Assembly: GCF_021028975.2 (NCBI RefSeq)
Contig: NC_059434.1
Span: 61,008,001 to 61,072,000 of the forward strand
Source of the DNA: Sphaerodactylus townsendi
Taxonomy: Eukaryota
Direction: 5' to 3'
DNA length: 64,000 bases
Shown here: positions 50,736 to 63,473 of the stretch, piece after piece
Layout: each line of letters starts with the position of its first letter
Position numbering within the stretch: the stretch's first letter is position 1
The notes under the pieces: model-generated
What the model saw: the letters and a program-made list of their open reading frames with translations, nothing else
Databases searched by the model: none
What the model was told of the DNA's origin: nothing
Made by a program: the position numbers and the translations under genes

Positions 50736-53700
50736 CTTCAAGAAAATGTTACCAACATCAATACCATTGTTTACATCACACTTTTTATATTCAATTCTTT
50801 CTCATCTTTGTGCAATAACATGCCAATTAATGCTTAAGTTTCTGCTTCATGTTAGCTATTATATAATTATTTTATATAGATGGTCACTTATAGCCTTGAA
50901 AACAAGATATGCATTTTAATTAGCTCATAAATAGGTAAGGATCAAATATCCTGATTCTCAGCCCTCTAGTTTGCCACAGGACAAGTAGAAAAATTCTCCG
51001 TTAAGTACCAGATAGTCACACACCCAGCAAAGCTTGTGTCTGTGTTGTGTTAAGTTTGAAGACTGAGGACTTTTGTGCACTTACTGCTTGACTCTGCATG
51101 GTTTGCCTTGTTATGGTTTTTTTTTGTGCTATTCTGTTTATACAAAAGATATGGTCGGAGTAGTCACACAGTTCTCAGGACCATTCAGCAGAGACAAGCT
51201 GGTCCACAATAACAGCAAGGAAGACATTTATGTGCAAGGAAAGCACTTCTTACAACCGTTAGCATTAGCCACAAGAATTAGAAACTGAAACCAAGAATTC
51301 CAACCAGTAGGACCAAACTAAATCACAAAGATAATAGGGGAGGAGCAGAGTCTTCTAGTCCCCCCCACACACAATAAATGTACCACACTAGCAGATCCCC
51401 TTTTGCCTACACTATTGATTTTCAGAGTCCTTTTTATCTAAAGTACTCCTGCCAGTCCAATAGGGGCAAAAATTAAACCCAGCACACTTTGCTGTTTTCC
51501 AGCAAACTCCCCTTCCCCCCCCCACCCTTGCTCTAGTGTTAGATAGGTCACTTGCTCCAGTATTAGACTAGAAGTGATAAACGAGAAATGTGTTTTCTAC
51601 TAGGAATGAGATGAGTTAGAAGGGAGGTTGCTTGTGGCAGGACAGGATAAGACTGCTGGATGACTAGGCTGAAGAGCAAGGCTTTTATCAGGTTGTACAT
51701 ATTGAGCATGTTTAATAGGCGAATGCATATTAACTTCTCCTCCTGCTCTGACAACAAACTGTATTATAATGAACATACAGGAAGAATATGGGAGGGAGTT
51801 ACATATTAAGGAGGAAAACGTAAATAGGTGGACCGGAAAGTTGTGACTCTAAATACCCTTAGCCAGTGGGGGAACAGAGAGTGTGTGGCGAATTTAGAAG
51901 AAGGGAATAAACATGCTGTGGATATACTGTTTCAACCGAGTCTGCCCATGTGGGAATGGCTACTCTTTCTTTGCAAATAAAGCTACTTAAAACTCTCTTC
52001 TGCTGACTTGATATTTGGTAAAGAAATACTGGGCACCAAAGCAGTGTTTTTAAAAAAAACATAAACAAACAAAGCCTCTGTGATCCTTCAGAAATGGTGG
52101 CAAGAAAAAAATCGCTTTTGGGTGAGCTGGGAAATGCAGGAAGGACCAACAGAACTCATTACGCTTCCTGTTTAGTTGTTTTGCTCTGTGGGGAAAAGTA
52201 AAACAGCAGGAAAGGTTATATTTTGCCAGCACTTAGAAACTGCGTAGATTCTCTGTTCTGCCCCATGGTGGCTTCAGAAAGGGCAAAGAAAAACCAATGC
52301 ATAAAGGAAAGTCAATTCAAAGGAAAGGTAAGCTGGCTGCAAGGCAGAATACGTGCATAAAGGGCCTGACATTTCTGCTGTTCACACAGTTGTAGTTAAT
52401 TATATTCATTCCACAAGGAACTCCGTGACAAATCCCTTTCAGCCTGTCTTGAAGTTCAAAAGAAAACTAGATCCCCTCCCCACACGCACTCTTCCTACAT
52501 TTCCATTCTTACAGATCATTAAGGAAAGAAGACCTCTGCTCTCTTAATAGTATAAATATTTACTTCTCTCTCAGTTAATAAAAATGCTGTTTTATTTTTC
52601 AGTGTTACATTGTACTTTTATATACTATACTTGCAGACAGAACAACAGATCTAGGAAGTCATCAGATTTCTTCCAAGCTTGTATGGACCCAATTACAAGG
52701 TGCTAAGATTTAAACCAATGATTAAAGTTCTCCAAAAATAATTCCTGTAAATTTGCTGGATTGGATCTAACCAGCTTTTCTGCTGTTGAAAAAGAAAGTG
52801 GGGTCCTACCAAAAAGGCTGTGCAAGGAATCATGGGCCCTGCATGGACAAAGGAGATGCAGGACAGGTGTTGTAGTATGGAGGGAAATTGGGCATGACTG
52901 GCAGAAAATGCTGGCTTAATCCAACCCATTCTGAATAGGTTAAAAGAATTAAAAATGGGGTCTTTTTTTTTTACTTCTTTGGAACACTTTTGCAGCTTTT
53001 TTATGTCTCTTACTTTAGTAAGGTTTAAGCAGATCCAAATACTAGGCACTTCAAATTAAAAAAAAAATCTGACACTACAATGCAATGCTAATTATTAAGC
53101 AGAACTCTGTCCTCGTCCTCTAGCAGTCCTGACTGACGATCCATAGCAGTTGGTGCCGGGCATGCAGTCCTTAAGACCACACACAATTAAGACATGAGGA
53201 CCCATTTACTTTCCATATGTAGCAAACATCTGCATATGTACTGTGTTTTTTTATACCCAGCAATAAGTTTCTTTTAATTAAAATATTCCAGCAAATGCTC
53301 AGGGACAGATGGAACCTACCTCTACCATAACGGCTATTTTAATGCAAAATACAAACTCTGTGAAGCAAATAATATGTGCCATGGGAACTTCTTGGCCCCA
53401 CTTATGGACTACTGAGGCACTATGGTTAGACAAGGGAGAGGTTCTGTCTCACTCATTTCCCTCTCCCCTCCTCTGCTGTTTGCAGTCAGACCCTGTCTCT
53501 GCAGCCTCCCTTGAGCTGCCACCCATTAGCAGTGAATTGGTTGGTGATTTTTTAAAGGGACTTTTGTAGCAAAAAATAGATGAAATATATAACATCTGCA
53601 CAAACCATTAATGGGATGAGGATAGTATTGCTAACCAGCAGGTGGGGCCAAGAATTACAACTGATCTCCAGCAGTGGTGTATTTGCCTAGGGACAGGGGG

Positions 53701-54089
53701 TACCCTCTGTCCCCAGGTGCCACTGATCTGGTCACGTGGGGGGTGCAAAATCAGCCCCTCACATAACCAGGAAGACAACAAGACACGCAACTTGTCGTCT
53801 TCTGGCACCCTCGGCCCAGCCCATGTTGTTATTTACATGGGTGAGGCCAAGGAAGCCAGAGGACACCCCAAGCCTTGCCCCCCTCCCGGTTGCTGGCTCC
53901 CCCCAAGCCCCACCCCCCTCCCGGCTGCCGGCTCCTGGGGAGGACAGAAGCAACTGGAAGGCTCCGTGCTGGAGTCTTTGCCTTTATATGCTCGGGGGGC
54001 ATGGCAAGCATTTCTGTTATGGGAATATCAGACAGCTAGCCATACATTTTTAAAAAGGTTTTTGTGCTGTAGCCAGAAAGCCTGAAGAC

Positions 54090-56001
54090 TATAATTTTTG
54101 AGAGGCAGCGGCATGCACTATAATCTCTGAGACGCAGCAGTAGGGAGTAGAACAGAGAGCAAAAGGTGAGCTCTGTTTTTTGAGGGCTTGTGCGTGTGTT
54201 CTGAGGGCTTAGGAGAGTTTTTTGTTTGTGTGTGGATTTCCTTTGTTTTTGGCTGTGATCTTGCCTCAGACTTCTGAGAGGTGGGGCTTCTGGCAAATTA
54301 ATTGCTCTAGTTAACTGCAATCCAGTTCTTCTGAGCAATCTCTGAAAGGCAACAGCATACACCATAATCTATAAGAGACAGCTGAAGGGAGAAGAACAGA
54401 GAGCAAAAGGTGAGCTCTGTTTTTTGAGGGCTTGGGAGGGTTTTCATTTGTGTGAGGGATTTTCTTTGTTTTTGGCCATGTGCTTGCCTCAGGCGTCTGA
54501 GAGGCAGGGGTTCTGGTGAGTTAATAGCTCAAGTTAACTCCCATCCAGCTCTTTTGAGTAGTCTTAGAGAGGCAGCGGTGCATGCAGTTTTATCAGTATT
54601 AACCAATCTTTCAGGAGAGAATACAAAGTGAGTTAGAGACTTCATTGGGGACAGAGACTTCAGCCACTAGGTCTCAGTCCCTAGAGCTCAGTGAATAGGA
54701 GCTTGGCTAACAAGCAAGGCAATTCATTTTGTGGAGGAGTTGATTAGGGGACTTTTGGAAAGGGAGGCTTATTTAAGACAATTATTTAAGACTACTAAAA
54801 ATGAGTGGTCAAGAAGTTGCTGCAGTCACTTGCAACAGCTGGGGTATGTTTTTTTTACTGGAGGATGTGGGTAGTTACATCTGCAGCAAGTGCAAGTTGG
54901 TTGCTTTCTTGGAAGAGAAGGTCCAGCAGCTTAGTGTCTACTCCTCAGCAGCTTAGTGTCTACTCCTCAGCATATTGAGAAGACTGAGGATTTCCTAGAC
55001 TGACTGGAGCAGATAGGGGATAGGGGATACTGGATAGGGGAACAGGCCAGGGATTTCTCTGAGGAGGAGGGCTGTTCTCAAACACAGGAGGTGGGCATTT
55101 GGAGGAACGTGACACATAGAAGCAGAGGGACAGGGGAGCATTTTGTGAGTTTGAAGCTACAGAATTGATTTGACGTTCTCTCCCTTGTCAGTGATTATAA
55201 GGAACAGGCACATAATCAACAGAGTCAGTCCTTGGAGAACGCTCAGACCATGGAATGGCCTCTGCCAAAACCTGGGTGGTGATAGGGTCTCCTTGCTGAG
55301 AGGAACAGAAGCAGTGATTTGCAGGCCTGATCAGATGTCTTGAGAGGTGTGATGTCTCCCTGGGGCAAAAATCCATGATGTCACAGAGCAGCTGACAAGA
55401 CTTGTTGAGCCCACTGACTGTTATATCTTCCTTTTGATTCACATTGGAACAAATGATACTGCAAGATGTAGCTTTTGGGACTTCACAAGGGATTTTGAGG
55501 CTATGGGAAGGAAGCTTAAGGATCTTGATGCACAGGTCATCATTTCATCTCTAATCCCAATTAACGGACACAGCCCAGGAGGGAAAGAAGAATAGTGGCT
55601 GTGAACAACTGGCTATGTAGGTAGTGCTGCCAAGGATATTTTGGCTTCTTGGACCATGGTTTGAGGTTTCATGAAGATGAACTACTGCAAAGGAATGGGT
55701 TGCACCTCACAGCTGTAAGTAGGATCATTTTAGCTAGGACGCTCACAAACCTGATTAAACTTAGTTTGTGTGTGTGTGTATGTGTGTGTGTGTGTGTGGA
55801 GAGAGGGTGGGAGACAGTATTCAAGAGGACAGGAGTTCATCAAGTGCTAGAGATAATAGCCCAAAGGTTATAGAGAGAACTGAGTGAATAGTTCAAAATG
55901 ACCATCTCTCAGGAGTGCTTTGATTTTGTCTTCCTGCATGGCAGAAGATTGGACTCGATGGCCCTTGTGGTCACTTCCAACTCCGTGATTCTATGATTCT
56001 A
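54090..56001 (+). mobile_element. CR1 LINE with duplicated 5'UTR unit, decayed ORF1 and 3' end, ORF2 absent
   Basis: ORF1 from ATG 54801 (MSGQEVAAVTCNS...CSKCKLVAFLEEKVQQL); SGNH esterase-like motifs IHIGTND and NGLHL; CR1 tail gattctatgattcta. Confidence 0.8.
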
Positions 56002-56182
56002 CTACTATTGCTTATGTTGGTAAATTCTGATGTTTGCATTATATGTGCAGGGCAGTGCACATATGTTCCAACAAAATGAATTAATTTTGCTACTGATAAA
56101 ATCAATATCTCCCCCCACCCACCCATGCAAACTAGTCTTTCTAAGATTACGATGCTAATGCTGAATGATGACTGTGACTCAC

Positions 56183-56290
56183 CGACACACCAGGTATTCC
56201 TCGGGGGCCATCCTTCCCAGTATCGCCAGGAGGGCCCCTTGGTCCTGGAGGTCCAGGAGGCCCAGGGGGCCCAGCTTGTCCTTGGTCTCC
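56183..56290 (-). CDS. COL25A1: COL25A1 exon, [36 protein letters not shown]
   Basis: 108 nt, ttcag/GGA...TCG/gtgagt. Confidence 0.97.
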
Positions 56291-57394
56291 CTGAAACCAG
56301 CCAGTAAAATCAGTTTTAGTGAGCAGCATTAAGATTGAATTTAGCATCTGACCTTTAACAGTTCAAAGCTTGATAAAATTAGGTATTCAAGAAATGTTCA
56401 CAATGGGCCAAAATAACTTAAAACATTTGTTAAATAATGCTCTTAATCCAGCTACGTGTGGAGCTACCTACCATGCCTAGTTGCACATCAAGATGGTTGC
56501 TGCTGTCACCTACATGGAGGCAGAAGGCATTGGATTCAGTGCCATCAGCTATCCCCAAACACCACCTATGGGCATTGTCAACTCTGACCATGCCGGCCAT
56601 TTTGTTAGGGCTGTGCTTGAGGTTCATTATTCAGTGATGGATCAGATGTATGTGCAGAGGCACAGTAAGCTGATGGAACCTAGATCTACATGCATACTTA
56701 AGGGGAGTTGATTCTCCACATGCATCCTGGAATTTGACAGGCAGCGTACGTGACTTCGGTATTGAAGCAAGCTTGCATGATTTCATGCTGTAAAACTTTA
56801 TTTCAGAGATAAATTTACCAATGTTTTTGTATAAACCTGTAAAATTCCACAGATGTATTTCTGATGTTAAAATTTGATAGTCATGTTCAAATTAAAGGCT
56901 GAGTATGATAGGTGGTTGTAAAATTTTCACAGTAGTTTACAAGACTGGTTCCTGACAGCTAACAAGTGAGAATACGAAGGAACCACTGAAATATAACTAC
57001 CCTGTTGAAAAGTCTTACAGTACTTTTCATGTTGTATATCAAACAGCAATAATATTTAATCTCTTTTTAGCAACCATTTTATAACAACAACTTTTATAGC
57101 TTCAGTGTATCCATTTTGCAATAATTTAATCTAGCTAGGTAATGAAGCATTAAATCACATTGACTCCCGTTCAAAAACAGTTTCATCTAACTTTCAGTAA
57201 AAACCTAGTGTAAACCAGTTGATATAATTAATCAGTGTTTAGCCAAGTTCCACTGAAGTTTTTCCTTGCTTTTCCAAAACAAGAAAAAAATCCATTTAAT
57301 TAACAACTATGTGGATTCAGCAATATTTACAATTCAGTAAACAGCTTTGCAAGCAAGAGCACAGCAAAAGGTGCAGAGAGAGATTAAGCACTAC

Positions 57395-57466
57395 CTTAAT
57401 GAGGCGGCGTTTAATGAGCTGCTGATCAGCAGAGAGAAACCCATGATTGATTTTAGGAAACACCAT
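57395..57466 (-). CDS. COL25A1: COL25A1 NC2 exon, MVFPKINHGFLSADQQLIKRRLIK
   Basis: 72 nt, atcag/ATG...AAG/gtagtg; matches the human NC2 peptide as recalled. Confidence 0.97.
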
Positions 57467-58299
57467 CTGATCAGGCAGGTGAGGTCAAAGGTTGAGGTTC
57501 AGAGGTGAAAGAGTTGAAGAATAGACATCAGAAGGCCCCAAGAAAGAAATAGAGATATATATACATTAGACTGGCAATTGCCAATATAATATCAAACTGG
57601 TGCTTGTGTCTGACAAAAGAAGCTACGCCTTATTTTAAAAGAGACGGTATAAAATTGTCACTATATCGTCAACTTATGAAAGGAAAAGCAACAGATGTTA
57701 AACTGACTCAGATATTTCTTGGTGTCTGTGATTTTTAAATTTCTTCCCCACCGTACAATGAATACTCTTTGACTCTTATTCTGCCTCATGAGCATAGCTT
57801 CCAGAGACAAAGCACCAGTTCAGCTTTTAGACAGACTTTCTAGACAGCATATCGTGTCATGAAGTGTGGTGTCATTAAAATGCTATCCAAAGCCTGCCAC
57901 TCTGTTGATGGCTTAAATGATTTCTCCTTAATTCCCAAATGATTCAGAGCAGATAAACAAGTGTTGCCGATTAAACTGCTCGAGCATAATGATCTGAACG
58001 TGCATGTTCTCATTAAGGATTTGCACATTGGTGTGACCTTTTTGGAAAGGAGCAATAAAATGTGCACATGACTGGAAGGTGGTAGAAGTTGTAGTCCACC
58101 TCATCTTTCTCCATACATGGACAGTAATCCCCACTGATACTAGTGTAATGCAGCAGCACTAAAGAAATAAACAGGGGAGTCAGCTGTCAGGCTTGCGGCA
58201 TTAGATGGATTGAGTAACTTCCAAAAGCAAACCAGTGCTCCATGACACTCTTATGCAGATACAGAAAGACTGGCTAGTTGGAACATGTCAGTCACAAAC

Positions 58300-58359
58300 C
58301 TTGACGGTGAGGATCTGATTACTGTGAAGAGCAGCAACAGTGGGGAAGCCTGGCAGGCC
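58300..58359 (-). CDS. COL25A1: COL25A1 candidate alternative NC2 exon, GLPGFPTVAALHSNQILTVK
   Basis: 60 nt, tctag/GGC...AAG/gtttgt, phase 0, open frame; resembles the COL13A1 NC2 peptide (AALRSSQIIALK). Confidence 0.8.
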
Positions 58360-60285
58360 CTAGATACACACATGGTACCGAAATAACACGACACAGAACG
58401 TCACACAGACGGACAGTTTAATAACAGACAACATAGGTCCTTCTACCACCTTCTTTGTTGCTGAGGGCATCACGTCGGAGATTTAGCTGATGTTTAGCAC
58501 AACTACGGCAGGCTCCAAGAAACTGTTAGGCCACCCAGAAATAGAAAATATTTCTCAGGCTATATTTTGTTAGCATTTAGTACATTAACTGCGAAGGGAG
58601 CAAACCACTTTCCTTCTAGTACACATTAATAGCTGTCTACAGATCTGTCTGTCTGTCTGTCTATTTATTCAATTTGGTATACCGCCCCATCTCCGAAGGG
58701 CTCTGGGCGGTGTACAACATCAACATAAAATACAATAACAAGATGGTGAGTAGATAGCAACTAATAAATAATACCTAACATTAAGAACTCAGCCCCATAT
58801 ACTCTAAAATATTAATTTAATTTAAAACAGCGATATAGACAATAACCCTATACTTTTAGAAGACTTGAAGCAGATATTTCTGTATCATTGATTTTTAAAA
58901 ATCTTCTTTTACGTGTACAACACAAAAAACATAAAGTGACAGTAAGTATGCACAATACAGATTGGACATTTGAATATTGCTAGACCAAGCGTATTAACAG
59001 AAAAGCTTCAGGTTAACATTCAGCACATACAAAGTTATATTCCTAGTTTTACAGTGAAATTAATTTCTTGCCTTCCCTAGTAGTTGACTCTTATATTTGA
59101 ATACCTGTACACAGTCAGCTAAGGTCATCATCTGTGAGAGGAGAATTTTGCATCCAATTTTGAATGCTTTTTACAGAGTTGCAGTGGAGGTTGAATTAGA
59201 TGGGTAAGGAAGATGTGAGCAGACCTCTAAGCAGAGGTCAAAAATAGTTTTGTTTACTCTAGCTGTTTTTGGAGTATTACACACATACAAAAACAGTGAG
59301 ATTACTTTTACCCTACTAGAGGATGATCAGTGAGAGCACTGTTACCTATCTGTCCTCTTATAAATAGCAAAGTTGAACAATTTCTTAATCAAAATTGTCA
59401 GGAAAAAGGACTTTTGTCTTGAGGTGCAATTAATTAAAGTATGCCTTGATTCTCCTTGCACATTAGTTTGCCTTAATATCTGCAACTGAAATAACTTTTG
59501 ATGGACATATGGTTGCAAACCACTAGATGGAACCTAGAGATCTCCTGGAATTATATCTGATCATGGCCAATTGGCCATGCTGGCAGGGGCTAATGGGAAT
59601 TATAGTTCATGAACATCTGGAGTGCCATAGGTTTGCCATCACGGCCCTAGAGAAAATGGCTACTTTGGAGGGTAGACTCTATGTCATTATATCTCCACTA
59701 AGGCCCTTCCCCTCCCCAAGCCCCTTGAACAGCTTTTCACCTTCTTCTGTTTAATGAATGAGTATTTGTAAAATCAAAGGGCCTGCTATTCGTTTGGTTA
59801 TTTCTCCCTGATAAAAAACAATTACATTGTTATCAGTAACTTCTGAACAGGCTCAAGAGAGACATGAAGTATTTTAAAAGGGTCAATTAATTCAATGTTA
59901 GTTCATGTAGCACTAAAATACTATATTTATGGTATACTGCACCTCTCATATTCCCCAGTGGTAAAATTTGAATGTGGGTGAAATCCAATGCAGATCTACT
60001 CAGAATCTGCCTCAAGTCTATTTAATGGGACTTACTCCTAAGCAAGTACTCTTAGGATGACACCGTGTATGAATCTCTTTTCCCTTTACAGGGAACACAA
60101 ACCTTTATTACAGGGGCTGTAAAGAGGAGAGGAACTGGCTGAGCAAAAAACTGACTGGATCCAATTTATGGCTTCCCTGTTTATTTACAATACAACTATA
60201 TAAAGTAGAATATGTATCTCTCTCTGTGTGTATATGTGTCTAACGTATATACACACACAAACACATTATACTGCTGTAAACAATA

Positions 60286-61000
60286 TACCTTGTTTCCCTG
60301 AAAATAAGCCCTAGCACAGTAATAGCGAACCTTTTTGAGGCCGAGTGCCCAAATTACAACCCAAAACCCACTTATTTATTGCAAAGTGCCAACACGGCAA
60401 TTTAATCTGAATACTGAGGTTTTAGTTTAGAAAAAAACAGTTGGCTCCGAGGCGTGCGTTTCACGGGAGTAAGCTTGGTGGTAGTCGGTGGCTTTGCTTT
60501 GAAGAAACCTCTTCCAATGGGTGAATCACGACCCTAGGAAGGTTTACTCAGAAGCAAGCCCCATTGCCAGCACCGAGCTTACTCCCAGGTAAAGGATCGT
60601 GCTTTAGTTCTTCACATGAAAATCAGTGGGGTTTAACAAAACTTAACAGGATTACCTACACTGCTTCCCCAAAACTAGGTCTTAGGTTTAATGCTAATAA
60701 TCGAGCCCAGTGGCCCCAGCCAGCCTAGATGTGTGTGGGGGGACTCTGTTTGCGTGTGCCCACAGAGAGGGCTCTGAGTGCCACCTCTGGCACCCGTGCC
60801 ATAGGTTCGCCACCACTGCCCTAGCATGATTTTTTTGGATTTTTGGAGAATGCTTGAAATATAAGCCCTAGTTACAGATTCCCCAGCGCAGCTGATCTGG
60901 TCACGTGGGGGGCGCAAAATCATGGAAAAAAATAAGATATCCCCTGAAAATAAGCCCTAACATATCTTTTGGAGTAAAAATTAATATAAGACCATGTCTT
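60286..61000. mobile_element. Tc1/mariner-like non-autonomous element interrupted by a hAT
   Basis: Starts ta-ccttgtttccctgaaaataagcccta; the aaaataagcccta subterminal motif repeats after the insertion. Confidence 0.55.
60317..60818. mobile_element. Non-autonomous hAT transposon, 8-bp TSD CCCTAGCA
   Basis: TIR cagtaatagcgaacct / aggttcgccaccactg; perfect 8-bp TSD. Confidence 0.9.
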
Positions 61001-62832
61001 AATTTAGTATATTCCACTGCCTACATTTTTTTTTTGCTTCTCAGGGCAGAAATAACAAAGTCTGCTTTTTCTCTTGACCCTGCTGCACAAGTTTACATAT
61101 TCCTGTGAAGACACAGCAAACAAGACAGGAATTACCACTTGCTGCTTGCTTGTACTCTGTACATTTACAGCCAGCTGCTACTATATCACATCGAATCACT
61201 CCAGCTGTAGGCCGGAGTGATCCTGACACATTATACAATGGCCTCACCTCCCTGTAGCCACCTCAAGCGCTCTAATTAATCTCTCAGACCAAGCGTTCAT
61301 TATTCTACCTGCTTGGGAGAATAGTGTCCTGTATCACTCCCTGTACAGTGCCAAAGACTCTCAGCAGGAGCTTCTTTATACAGTCCCTTTTATGGCAACT
61401 GCATTCTCCATCAGCAGCCAAACTAAAACAAACTAAATACACCACAGAGCATGATAAGGCCAAAGGGCCTTCCTCCACCAAACATGTGCATTCAATAAAA
61501 AGCCCTTTAATTTTAATATAGAGCGAATCACTGTTTGGAGGCTGTGTGCAGAATAATCTAAGATGAGATGGCTGAGATTCTGAGGAAAACAAAGTCTATT
61601 TCCTCCAGGATGCTCCACCCCCTCAATAAATGTCATCTAGCAATCTATTTCCACTCACTTTGTTGGCAAAGAACAAATATTGAATAGTAATATTTTATGT
61701 GCACACACCAATGAAACACTTTTAAAAATTATACTGTAAAGTATTTCCACTCCCTTGCAATTCTATATTGTCTAGAAATTAATTAGTTGGGAAAATGAAA
61801 CTCTTCGGTACAAATAAGCCACAAAAATGTTGAAAAGCATCCCAACCATCACGACAGAATCCCATATTATACCTGGTGTCTGTTACCAAACACTCTTTGG
61901 GTATATTCTTCATTCTGTTGTACACCAGCCTTGTAATAAATTCCTAGTTCACATTTTTATTGGTGTTGTATCATTTTGTTTTATCATTTTGCTTTATGTT
62001 GTCGTGATGTTTGGTGGAAAAGAGGCGTGCATTTTTAAATAAATTCTTAGAGATATGTCATGCAAGATACTGGTGTGGTGGGATGAATTAATGGTATTCC
62101 ATTGTCTATTGAACTGCATTTTATAAACAATAAGGGGCTGCTCTTGTATAATGTGTTCTAATAAAGTCAAACAAGCAACTAATCATCATTTTATGCTTTT
62201 GCTTGTGTTCAATTGTCATAATTAGAACTGAGATGGAGTGGAGGATCACATTCAATAAATAGTATACCTCCTTTGAAATATTCTACCTTCTTCCGGTGTT
62301 TTTGATGTTTGTTCAGTTTTTTTCTTCTGCCACCCACACAGTGATCTTTTGGAAACTTTCCGATTTTGGGGGAAGTATTATAGAGAAATGTTATGTCAAC
62401 TCTCTAACAAACATTCAGGTGAACCCTTGTACCTCCCACTCAGCTGGTGGGGACAGCTCTATACTTTGCTGCATTTCTTGCTTTAAAAGTAGTTCTTCTT
62501 CCTCTTTAATGGTGAAGTCATCACACAATCAAATCTGGATATGAGATGAAGTAATTGTAAGTGATGCAGCCCTGGGTAAAGGCACTGCCTCTTCAGGAAG
62601 TACTGCCCTTATTCTGAGTTAGTTTTGTTTGCTTTGAGTGACTTCACACACTGCCAACTCACTCTGGCTTGGAGACATTACTGTAAGATTTTTACTAGGG
62701 CAACTAAAGCAGCAGCTGACTGGAGCTATAGACAACAGAGAACTAAAGCAAAACGGATTTTTTTGGATAACTTTTGGAAAACCTATTTAACCTCCATCAA
62801 GAACCCTTTTCCCATGTCAAAAATGTTTCTCT

Positions 62833-63385
62833 GCGTGTGTTAAGTGCAGTCAAGTTGCTTCTGACTTAGGCTGTTTCTGCATGGGCTAAAAAAGCCGATA
62901 AAAGGACGGTAAAAACGGCATTATGGGAAGAGAGTTTGCATGGCCGCCGCTGTAGAAACGACGCGGCAGTGATGCTGCAATGCTCCAGGAGCCCCACAAT
63001 GGGTTATTTGAAAATCGCTCACTGAGCGAGTCTTTTCAACAATGGCGCTCCACAGTTGGCGTTGTGCGAAACACCCGCCAGGAATCGGTGCCATGGAGCC
63101 CGCCCCCACAATGGCAGCCAATCCTGGTGCTGAATGCCTGTGATGTCTACCCTGGGAAAAAAGAACGCCATTTGAGAAGCACAGCCATGCAAAACGCTGC
63201 GGTTCAGTTGATGCGCTACCTATCCATGCAACGCCTGCCCATGCGAATGCTCCGCGGCTGCAGCTCCACCAATAACACCGACGGCACAACGGTGTTATTG
63301 GCTGTGCAGAAATGGCCTTACAGTGATCCTAAGAATTGATGACTTCCAAAATGTCCTGTTGTTTATAGCCTTACTTATGTCTTGT
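62833..63385 (-). mobile_element. Bov-B/RTE 3'-end fragment split by a MITE
   Basis: 62833-62868 joined to 63321-63385 is the reverse-complement homologue of 1900-1985. Confidence 0.7.
62869..63317. mobile_element. Harbinger-like MITE, TSD TTA
   Basis: TIR ggctgtttctgcatgg / ctgtgcagaaatggcc, flanked by tta. Confidence 0.85.
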
Positions 63386-63473
63386 ACTCAGCCCTATTTT
63401 TAAAATATTTTCTTCTAATCCCCCCTTCCTGCAATGCTTACTGGTTAAAAAATTATTGAGATGTGGAATGGTA

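Larger units (their letters stand above)
1115..58359 (-). other. COL25A1: COL25A1 partial gene span (23 internal coding exons; both gene ends outside the window)
   Basis: The spliced exons give a continuous Gly-X-Y frame collinear with collagen XXV as recalled. Diagnostic non-collagenous peptides are present: MVFPKINHGFLSADQQLIKRRLIK, GSSAAGIK and TEIIDYNGNIHEALQRITTLTVT. Confidence 0.97.

Noticed and set aside
1115-58359. COL13A1 or COL23A1 as the gene identity
   Set aside because: The NC2 and NC3 peptides and the GSSAAGIK interruption match collagen XXV specifically.
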